Source: an uncultured Bifidobacteriaceae bacterium
GTDB lineage: Bacteria; Bacteroidota; Bacteroidia; Cytophagales; UBA9547
Direction of reading: 5' to 3'
DNA length: 52,586 bases
Assembly (NCBI GenBank): GCA_964565665.1
Contig: CAZMFZ010000003.1
Location: 7,101 to 59,686 of the forward strand
A model generated the notes under the pieces. The model saw only the letters and a list, made by a program, of their open reading frames with translations. It ran no database searches and had not been told where the DNA came from. A program made the translations under genes and the position numbers. Every line of letters begins with the position of its first letter. The first letter of the stretch is position 1. Positions 36,601 through 48,600 of the stretch are shown here, piece by piece.

Positions 36601-39600
36601 CTATCTCTACTGTGGCTGGTATTCAAGTGTTCCAAAAGCCATTTGTAGATGCGGGGCCTGCTACGGTGCTATTATGTAAAAACAATTTGCAATACAAATT
36701 GAATGCTACCATTACAGGTGCTAGGACACCTGCACTAGGAGATAAATACACAGGAGTGTGGTCGGTTTTAAGTGGAATGGGAGTATTTAGCAGCACTGGT
36801 ACTAATAGTTCTACGGTATTAGATGATGGATTTTCATTTCCGTCCAGTGTGACAAGTGTTGTGCTGCAGCTGAGTGCTATAAATATAGGTAGCTGTTTGC
36901 CCGTTTCTGATGTAATTACGCTTGCAGGTGGAAACCAGCCTTTGCCCTTGGTGAATGCAGCCAACAATTTTACGGTAAATGGCATTCGCAACGCTTTAAA
37001 TATATGTGCTAACAATGCCACTTTCACTATTACTGGCACTGTTACTTACGCAGGTTTGGGAGGGCAATGGACATCTTTATCCGCGAGTCCGGGAACAGGC
37101 ACTAATATATTGCCACTTACTACCATTCCAGGAGTAGAAGCTTTTAAGGTATCATACATTTATACACCTTCCGCTCAAGAAATAGCCAATGGCTTTGCAG
37201 ATTTGCAATTGAGTACAGATATTATAAATTCACCTACCAATTGTTTAAATGCTACTAGAGCGGTGAGGATAATAATTGGAGCTCAACCTGTAATTTTATT
37301 TGATACTAAAAGCCCGGTTGGAAATAGTTCCAATGTGCTTGCTTGCTCCAACAATCCTATTTTTACCATTAGTGGTACTGTACTCGGTGCTGGTGGGTTT
37401 ACTTTGAATGTAGGCAATGGAGGAATTCTTTCCCAGCTTTCTACATTGGCGGGAACAACTACTATAAGTGGCTACAACAATTATTTTTCTGGAAACTATA
37501 GCTATACCCCTACCGCTGCAGAAACATCAATAGCTGGATTTAGTTCTTTCTTAGCAAGTTTCCAATCTACTAACAATGGCAACTGTTTTGGTGTGAGTAC
37601 TTCTATAGGCTTAAACTTGAATCCGCCACCAAGTGCAACAATTACCACCACAGGTATTGTGCTAGATTCCATAAAGTTATGTAACAATAATGCTTTTGCT
37701 AACTTGAGTACTAAGACCAGTTTATTTACACCAGTAAGTGGCTTAAGATGGTTTACTTCAGGAAATGGAGGTTTTTCAAATGCTTCCGCTTCGGCCACTA
37801 CCACTTATACTTCGTCTCAAAATGACACCCTAAATGGCAATGTGAGAATAGTGTTGGAGGCTGGAAGGTCAGGCTGTTTTCCAACCTACGACACCTTATA
37901 TATTAAGTATTTCAATTCTCCCATAATTGCTCCGGGAAGCGATTTATCTATTTGTGAGAACTTTTTAGTAGGTACACTATCTGGTGCGGTGTCTTTGCCG
38001 GCATCTGGGGGTATATGGTCGAGTTCTGGAGCAGGTGTATTTGGTAGCACTTCATCAAGCACTACTACAAAATTGAATGATACTTATATTCCCAATGCTA
38101 CTGATGTATCTAATAGCTCTATAATTTTAACTTTAAGTTCTACAGGGGCTAATATTGGCACTACCCAAGGCAAATGTTTATCTAGAGCAGCATCAATTAT
38201 TGCAAACTTTACACCCGTGCCTGCCATTAACTTCGGGGCAGTGCTTACTGTAAATGAAAATAACAGCACTTCTGATTTTACTGCCACAATTATAGGAATA
38301 AATGTAACCCCAACCACAACTGCAATATGGGGTACAGATAATAACAATGTTGCTGCTTACGACCCTAGCAGAACAAACTTTATTTACAATTCGGGTATTC
38401 CTAATTTGGTAGGGAGTGTGAAATACACACCTACTGTATTTGAGATTAATTCGAGATCTGTAATAATGGGTGTGACGGTATCGGGTGCAAGTAATTGTGC
38501 TCCGATTGTGAATTCAACCACCTTACTCATAGCACCGGCACCTACCGTGTCTATATTTGGAATAAATAGCGTGTGTGCAAACAACAATACAATTAACCTG
38601 ACTTCAACCGTTACTGGGGCTAAAAGTGGTATATGGTCAGGTGGGCAAAACGCCATTACTGCCCCTTACCCGGGTTTTTCCGCTACTTATGTTCCAAACT
38701 CAGCTGAGAATATTGCAGGCTCTGTAAAATTATATTTTACCTCTGCAGAAGAATTTTTTAACGCAAATTCTGTAAGGGATTCTATTACCATTAATATAAA
38801 TCCGCCCCCTACAGCTAAAATTACCGCTGCCAATGTTTCTGTGTGCGGCAACGCTACTGATGTGCCATTTACTGCCACTACCACAGGTGCGACAGGCATG
38901 GTGTGGACTACCAGCGGAAGTGGGCAGTTTTTTATTGGGGCATCTCCTATATCTGGAAGTGTACCAGGTAGCAACATTACCGTAATTTACAAACCCTCGG
39001 CACTAGATAGATCTTCTGCTACTCCAATAAAAATAGAAGTAAGTAGTGCCGGAAACGGAGGTTGCAACCCAGCAATTGACATTGCTAATTTATATTTTAC
39101 TACATCACCAGTGGCGAATGCAGGGCCAGACAATACTTGGTGCTTAAACGACCCTTCTCCAATTGCATTAAATGCCTCAGGAGGTGCTGGTTCCTGGAGC
39201 AGTTCAAGACCAGGAGGATCCTTTGGCAATGCAACTCAACAAAGTACATCTTATGCTCCTACTTCCGTATCTGGACTCATAACTTTTACATGGACAACAA
39301 ATGCGACAACAGGCTGCCCTTCTGTATCAGACAATGCTGTAGTAACGGTACTTTCAGGCCCAATAATTGCCATTACTGAGCCATATAAAACCGTGTGCGG
39401 AAACTCATCGAGCCTTGCATTGAATGCCACTATTACTGGAGGCACTGGTGCTAAATGGCGTACAGGTGCATCTGGTGGTAGTTTCTCTTCAAGTGGCACA
39501 CAAAATGGAGCCGACCTAGTGGGAACAACGGTAGCTACTGGCAATGCAGTTGCAGATACCTATATATTCTCTGCAGCAGATAAAGCGGCTGGCTTTGTGA

Positions 39601-42600
39601 ACTTGACTATTTCGGGCTTAGGTACAAACCCATGTACGACTGTACAAGAGGTAAAAAGAATTACCATTACTCCAATACTCACAGCAAGTACAGACCCAGA
39701 TTTAGAGCTGTGCGCGACCATTTCTGTAATCTCAATTACAGGGAAGGTATTAGCAAATGGAGTGATCGATGCCACCAGAAACGGCACTTGGACAGTAGTA
39801 GGTACAGGAATGGGAACTTTTGCAAATCCGAATACTAGAATTACTACATTTACCCCAAGTGCGAATGCTAAAAATAATTTCCCTCAAAAAGTAACTTTAA
39901 TTTTCTCGCCAACTATTGATGGTAGTTGCTTTGTTACACGCCCAACTGTAACGGTAAATTATAGCTTCAAATCAGCTCCATTGCTTACAATTACAAGCAG
40001 CCCTATCCAAGTTTGTTCCGATGTGGATTTAATTCAACTTACGGCCACTTTTTCGGGTACGTCAAGTATTGTGTGGTCTACCACAGGTAGCAATACGGCC
40101 TTGAATTGGGTAGCGAGTAAAAACTCATTGTTGTCTCCAGCAACTGTTAATTATATTCCATCTGCGGCTGATTTGGCAAATCCGACTTTAAGTTTTGTAG
40201 TCATTACCAATGGAAGTGGTGTATGTAGCGATGTTAGCTCTCCTGTTTTCGTTGCCACCATTACAAGTAAGCCTACTGTTGTTTTGGCCGGTCCAAGCTC
40301 CGTTTGTGACAATGTTTCACAAGTTTCGCTTAGCGGCACTAATATGACTTTATTGGGTGTTTCGCCCGCAATTAGTTGGTATAAATATACTGGAGGTGTT
40401 CCAACCTCAGCTGGTTTTAATTTGCCTAGTACAATTACAACTAATAATGTAGGAACTCTTACCACATATTCCCCTACAGCTATCGAGAAATCGAATGGTT
40501 TTGTAACCCTATTTTTAGATGTATTTGGCCCCACAACTTGTAAAACCCAATCATTCAGCAAAATTGTAAATTTCAATGCTGCACCTACTGTATTTGTAGG
40601 GGCAGCAAGTTCTAATGTATGTTCCAATATTCAAGCCATAACGCTTACAGGTACTTCTAGCCCCAATGCCAGCATAGCAGGGTGGTCGTCTACGGCTGTA
40701 GGTTTAGGCTTCGGTACATTCTCAGTCCCCAATAGCTATACCGTTATTTTTACACCCAATGCAGCCGGCAGAACCCTCTCAGGAATTGACTTCGTATTTA
40801 CTACCTCCTTGGCAGGTTGCAGCGATGTATCTGCCAACAAAACCATTACGCTTACCCCAGCATCAGTAGTGTCAATACCAAGTACTTTCGCCTTTTGTGG
40901 TGATAAAAGTGTGGTGACTTTAACTGGTGCATTTAGTTCTACCAATGTTGCTAATATGAGTTCTAGCTTTGGTGGCACATTCGGAGCATCTTATCAACCT
41001 ATAGTTTATGCGCCACCGATTGCTAATATTGATAATGCCGCCAAGAATGCAACTGCTATTACCCTTACCATTACTTCGGCAAATAATGGGTCTAATTGCA
41101 GTGCGGCTTCTGCCGTTTCAAGCATTTTCTTTACGCCACGCCCTACCATTACGGGCGGTGCAGGTTTGACTTTATGTGCAAGCGACACCTATATTACCCT
41201 TTCATCTGCCACTGGGGTTTCGGGTAGTGCAGCTATACTAGGGTATAAATGGAGTACTTCCTCCATAAATACTGCAGTTGGCTTAGGGGGCATATTTACT
41301 TTTAGTGGATTGAGCACTAGCACAGGGTTGTCGCAAGTTTATAGACCAGGAAGTGTGGAAAAAACAGGGTTTGCCATATTGAGAATATCTTCTGTGACTG
41401 TGTCGGGTGGTTGCGACAATGTATTTGCCGACAAACAAATTACTTATGATAAAGCACCTACATTTGCCAGCTTACCCAACCAAACCAAATGCGCGAACAA
41501 TTCTATACTGGATATCAATGTTAATCCTAACGACTTTTCTTCAATCAAATGGAGTTCAAACACAAGCAAATTACCATCAGGAGGGGCGTTTTTGAGTGAA
41601 GTAGCAACAGCCACAACCTATTTTCCGGGTACACTTGATTTGAATACTAAAACGGTGACCATTTCAGGCACTGTACTTGGGATAGGCCAATGTATAAACA
41701 ATCCTGCAGTGCAAAGTTTCGTGCTTTCGATCACTTCTGCACCTATCATCACTGTTATTTCCCCACTTAATATTTGTAGTGAAGTTTCCACTGTGCAGCT
41801 TTCGGCCATAGCCAATATTTCTACTACTGGCTTATCTTGGCAAAATACAACATCATCAATCTCAGGTGTGTACTCTGTAAATAGATTTGTAGGTAGACCA
41901 ATTTATGCTGTTACCGCCACAGATGTTTCGAATGGTACAATACAATTTGAAGTAACAGGAAATTATGGAAATTGTGGTCCGGTAAGTGAGGCTGTGCAGC
42001 TAAATATCGCTCCCAAACCAACAATTAATGCAGGTTCTGACAGGGTATTGTGTGCTGATGTTACACAATCATCTATTAAACTCACATTTGCAGGCCAAAA
42101 TTTCACTAAAGGACAATGGGTAAGGCTAGGGGGTGCTGGCGGAGGAAATTTTGGCAATCCTATAATCGATCAAGCGGCCATTGCCCCTAGCAGTAATGGA
42201 GATCAAGATTTTGTATATTATTATCCAAATTCTCAAGATAGTGTACAGAAGATCATTAATCTAAAAGTAAATACTGTAGACCAAAACGGATTGTGTGGCG
42301 TAGCTTCCGATATCGTTAACATCACTTTGGTGAGCCCACCAGTCATAACACCAGGTGTAGGCACAAATTACTGCGAGACGCTACAAGTGATTACGCTGAC
42401 AGGCAGTGTAGTAGGCCCTGAAACTTATACCTATCAATGGCAAGGGCTTTTTGGTAACCAAAATGGAACATTTTTAGGCTCAAATGGATCAAATGGAATT
42501 GGCAAAACTTATGCAGGATCTGCCAATGATTTTTACAACACTGGTGATTTGGATGAGGACAAGTACGTATTTAATTTTAATGTAACTGGAACTGGAATAT

Positions 42601-45600
42601 GTAAATTTGAGAGCATTGGTGCATATAAAATGACCTTTAATATTCAGCCGATTACCCAAACCAGTATTGTAGAAGGCGATTTTAATGTATGTGCCGATGC
42701 AGACGAAATCACAATCACTGGGTTGGCTCAATATGCTAATCTGATTCCCCAAGGTCTGATTCCCACATTTATTGGCAAGAATTTTAACGGAATTGCTTCC
42801 GGTGCGGCACAATACCAGCCCAGCAAGTCGCCTCCGCACATCTACGATGGAAATCTAGGAGGTTTCAAAACCCAACTGCGGTATAGAATTTTCCAAAACG
42901 ATATTACCGCAGGTGGAGTTAATTTTGTTTTGAATGTGAATAACTTAACCAACAGCACTACCTGCCCGCCTACCTCGGCTATTTCAAATGTGACCTTACT
43001 TTCAGCTCCAATTGTATCAGTAACTGGGCCACCTTCTGCTTGCTCCAACAATGTAGTGATCACAGTATCTGGCTTTTCATCTACAGGGGCGGGTACTTGG
43101 TCTTCTACTACTGCAGTGGCAAATAGAGGCAAGTTTCTTTCTGTATTTACGATTGCAGGTTCACCTAATATTATTGCAGGTGTATATTCGATTTCGGGCG
43201 ATGAGTTTGACAATAAGTTCGTGAGTTTGTTGTTCAAATCAGAGTCGAACGGGCTATGCAAACAAGTATCTGGGGCTATTGTTATTCCATTGAAGGAAAA
43301 ACCAATAGTTGATGCAGGTGTTGATGGAACAGTATGTAACCTTAACGTTTTGAGTTTGACAGGCACAATTACAAATCCATTAACCGCTTCAGGTGTTGCT
43401 TATGGATGGAGAATTGTGAGTATGAATTCTGTTTTAGGGGCGGCACTTGCCACCATCACGGGGTCAGGCTTTCCGAGTAGCAATATAATTTTCAATAGCG
43501 TAACGGGAGTAGATCTACAACTCGTAAGTACTGTATTTAACCCTAATGGAGCACTAGGAGATAACAAGGTTACATTTGAATTGTCGGCCACCGATGCTAC
43601 TTGCAATGTAGTAGCAAAGCAAATAAGCTATACAGTTACAGGTGCTACTTCACTGAATGCAGGAAGTTTGGTGAGCACCATTTGCGGGTCTGATCCGCTG
43701 AAGATGAATCCTTCTTCATCAAGTGAAAAAGGGGTGTGGTCAACCTCGGGGGCTGGTTATTTTGCTTCGGGCGGGTTTGGGGCTAAAACTTCACAAATAA
43801 TGAATGACTTATACATTCCAGGTCCTGGTGAAAACGGAACCATTTTATTTATATTAAGCACTATACCTGGCTCTACAAATACTTGCTTAGTTAAAACGCC
43901 TTCCACAGTAACAGCCTTTCTTTCCAATGGTATAGATGTAAATTCAGGTAGTAGCCAATTTATTAATATTTGTTATAATTATAATCCAATTATGGCGGGT
44001 ACAATTCTCGGTACTAGTAAAGCGCATTGGAGATCTACAGGTACTGGAACTTTTGCGTCTTGTACTACTTTGCCATGTACATCAGTAAATGAGACTGGTA
44101 TAAGATCTTCGAATAGCCAAGTAGTATCCACTATAACAGGTACAATTACTGGTACTGGTTATGTCTTTGAAGATGTTTACATACCATCAGATAATGATAA
44201 AGTAGCAGGTAATAAAGTAATTGTTTATTTGACCTCTGATGACGATGCTGTTACCCAATGTAAATTCTTTAAAAGAGACTCATTGTCAATTTACTTTACA
44301 AAACCACCAGAGGCTACAGGTGGTAGGGATATTACAGTATGTGCTACGGATGCCATTGCCAATGGCATACCAATTTCAGGTATTGTAACAATGCCATCTC
44401 CAAACTCTAACAAATCAGGACAATTGCCAAATAATGCTGCGAGATGGAAAATAATGACTATTTCGCCTGGAAGCCCACTTTCATCTATTCCTGGGGTGTT
44501 TAATTCTTCAGTGTTAATAGGGAATGCAGTAAATACGGCTACAGGTATAGGTGAGTTTACTGTAACTTCTATTATTGGTGATGGATTTATTGGTGTTGAA
44601 TTCGATGTAAGTGATCGGTATTTTCCATCGATATTAGATACGATTTCAAGTGGTAAACCTGGGTATAGACCTTTATATTTGGCTTTGGAGGCAGATAATA
44701 TGACGATTGCTGGTATAAATACAGTTACCAGTACTCCTATTCTTTGTAATGCTGTTATTGATACAGTGAAAATCAATTTCTTAACTCCCGCTTATGCCCA
44801 AGTAACCAATTTTACCAGCACTGGCATTTGTTCCGATCAACAAGAAATTGCAATCAATGGTATATATAGCCGTGCCTCAGGATTGCTGTGGACCACCACT
44901 GGAGGCGGGATAATAACTAGCAATAGATTTGATAATTCTCAAATTACTTATACTTTATCGCAGAATGAATTAGACATTGATCAAGTTAAAGTGATTAAAT
45001 TCTCACCCATACCTATTCCAGATCCTAATGATGCTGTGGTGTGTGTTTCACCCATTACGAATGTGGTTACCGTTACTGTAAATCCACGACCTTTAGTGAG
45101 TGTTACAGGATTAGACCAAATCGTATGTGCCGATAATCAGTCTGTAGCTTTACTAGGCTTTAATATTCGTACGGTATCAGGCACATTGCCTTTGGCTTAC
45201 AAATGGATAATAGGCGGTTCAGGTACTGTGCTTGGCCCAGATTTTGCGAGCGGATCAATTACTGAAACTAATAATTTTACAAGAACCTTAAATTACAGGG
45301 TATCAAATGATGACATAGCTGCAGGAAGTGTAGGATTTTTATTCAGCACCAGTGGTCCGAATACTTGTAAGCCACAGGTAATCAACAATATATCGCTCAA
45401 TATTAATCCAGCACCTGTTATTAACCCTCAGTTAAGTATAGAAAGGTGTAGAGATAATGAGCTTATTCCTATTTCTTTGCTTTCGATTCAAAACGTATCT
45501 ACCGTACAATGGGTAGTATCTAGAAGGGCCATTGGCAGTTCGACCTTTACGGTATTGGGTATAGGTTCAAACCCTGGAACATTGGCAGGTGGCTCATTAG

Positions 45601-48600
45601 CCCAAAGTGTAAATGGTACTTTGGTAGGGGATAATTTCAATGGGTCGGCTATCGACTATTTTACAAGTGCTACCGATAGAGCAAGTGCGGCAGAACTCGT
45701 ATTCAGTGTCACTTCACTCATAAACAACCCCAACACTTCCAATCCTGTTTGTAATCAAGTAGTGAAACAAGTGAGCGTAGTGTTGACAGACACACCTGTT
45801 GTAACTATTACCTCTGCTTTGGCAGGAGGTGGGATCTGTTCCAATGAAACCAGCATTACCTTAAATGGAAGTATATCAGGTGCTGGAAACCTGAGTGGAA
45901 TATGGCTCACTGACCGATTTGGAAGGTTTTTTCCATCAGAAGTTGTAACACCTACTGATTTGGCAGCCAATGCGTATCAATATTTCTTAGACGATCAAGA
46001 TAGAAACTTTACCACCTTGGGTATTACGCTTTCTGTAACTGGTGTGGGAACTTGTGTTCGATCTTATGGTAGTACAAGCGTAATTACTGTAACCGCTGCT
46101 CCCGAATTAAATGCAGGTGGAAACGATTCTGTATGTGCCGATTTAAAATCTATTACGCTATTAAATTCTGCCCAAAAGAATGCCGATGCCATATTCCAAT
46201 GGATCACCTTTGGTACGGGTTCATTTACAGGTATATCTACCACCTCGCCAGGAGAATATTTCTACATACCTTCATCGGTCGATAGTGCCAATGGAGCTGT
46301 TACTATTGCATTAATAGTACCCAATAAAGTGACTTGTAATCCAGATACCAGTTTTAAAACCATCAGATTCAGCGTGCCACCAAAGGTAGAAGCCATAAAT
46401 TCAGTTCTTTCTTCACAATCGTGGTGTGCCGATAACACCGTATTATTCGAAGCCTTTATAGATAGCCGAGCCTCAAAATGGAGGTGGTCATCAATAAAAA
46501 GTATTGTAGGTTTCAATCAATTCTTCGCCTCATCGGTTCCAGGCTTTGGTGTGAGAGGCGTATTTAATAATGACAACAATGATACTTCATCTACCACTCT
46601 AAAAGGCTATTACAAACCAAGTAATGAAGATACGCTAGGTACGAATAGAAATGAACTCAATCAGTTGGTTACACTTCGCCTTACGGCCAATGGGGTAGGT
46701 GTATGTGCCTTGCGTACTTTTACTAGTGATTTAAATGTTACGTTCACACCCCAGCCAAAAATTTATTTGAATCCTATTCCTAATATTTGTAAGAATGATA
46801 ATCAACCTATTACGCTAACAGCCTATTTTCTTAATACTGTAGCAGGTAGAATAAATTGGCAGAGCGACCCAACCACCAGCACTAAGTTTAGTAATGAGTA
46901 TTCATATCATCCGCCCACTACTGTAAATTCTATTTACTTTTATGATGATGCTGATAAAAATCGTGGAGTAGTAAAAATCAATATACTACCTGATTTTATG
47001 GGAAGCTGTAAAGGTTCGTATAGGCAGGGTGATTGGACTTCAAGAGATGCTAAATTTATAGATGGTCCGATATTCTCGCCTTCTAACCCAACACCTTTCT
47101 GTGCTGATGTTACTACCATTACCCTTGATAGAATAAGAGTAAATACCGTGGTTGGTTCTGCCCAATGGACAACAAAAGTAGGCACAGGTATATTTACATC
47201 CAGCAATACTATTCCTGGCCTAAGTACAATAGTTGGCTTAATTGGCGGTGCGGGTAGTGAAAGAAGAACGGTATTGGAAGGCTATGTGCCATCGGCAGCC
47301 GACAAAGCTCAGAAACAGGTAAATTTATTTGTGTATTCTACTTCACAAACTGAAAATTGTCCGCCAGATTCTGCTAAAATTACCCTCAAGTTTGACGATA
47401 TTCCTATTGTAACTGTGGCAGTAGATGGTAGCAGTGTGTGTGCAGGGCAGATTATAACCCTTACAAGCACGCTTAAAAACCACAATAGAGGCATTTGGGA
47501 AACCATTAGCAACTCGGCAGGAGTAGGTACTGGATCTATTACCCCAGCAAGTAGCACAGTAGGCACGGTGTTTTATACCATGTCGCCACAAGATGCAAAT
47601 CAATCGGCTGGAAGCTTGTCTCAATTGAGTTTTAAGTTCACCTCTATTGCGGAAAATGGTAATAAATGTACTCCTAAAGGTGATACAGCTACAATTAATA
47701 TTTACAAGAAACCAACAGCCAATGCAGGTTTCCCTTCAGTTTGTACAATTTCAGGAATAAAACTCGCAGCTATAGTAGCTTTTTCTACACAGTCAGTATG
47801 GACAACCACAGGAAAAGGCATATTCTCTCCAAGTAAATTTGATGCCAATGCTACGTACGTACCTGATGCTGCCGACATAGCCCTTGGTAATGTGAAACTC
47901 AGCCTTACGGCTAAAGGCCTTGGCCCATGCGATGAAACTACAAGTAGCATACAGTTGAACTTAAAAGCCAACCCACTTCCGCTAGCCAATGCAGGGCAAG
48001 ATCAGATAGTGTGCGGAGGCGATTTATTCAGGTTGAATGTAGTAAATCTTTCTACTGCCAATTCATATCAGTGGCTGGTACCAAGTGTTACAGGCTTTAA
48101 TACTACGGTACTTTCGCCTTTGGCAGATAGAAATATAACCGCAGTAACCGTGAGAGTGGATAACTTAGCAAAATACGTGCTACAAGTAACCGACAACTCA
48201 CTTGGCTGTATAAATACGGATACTATTAATTTGCAATCGCTCTTCCTTGATTCTTTGGCAATGAAACCAAGGGTTTGTTTTGAAGATCAGCTCATACTTT
48301 CAGTAGGTGCTTCTTTTACCAAAAGAGAAGGCAAATTTCAATGGTATAGGAATGGGCAATTTTTATCAAATGAAAGCACACCTACCCGCATTAGAGCCAT
48401 AGTAACAGGCGACTATACTTTAGAATATACTGAAAACGGTACGCTTTGTAGTGTGAGAGACACTACTAATGTAAGGCCATTGCCATTTCTTAATACAATT
48501 GGGAAAGTAGTTTGTAAAGACGCTCCATTCAGTTTAACTCCTGGTGTATTAAGTGTTGTTGGTGCAGATATAAACTTTTATAATTACACTTGGGATTTGA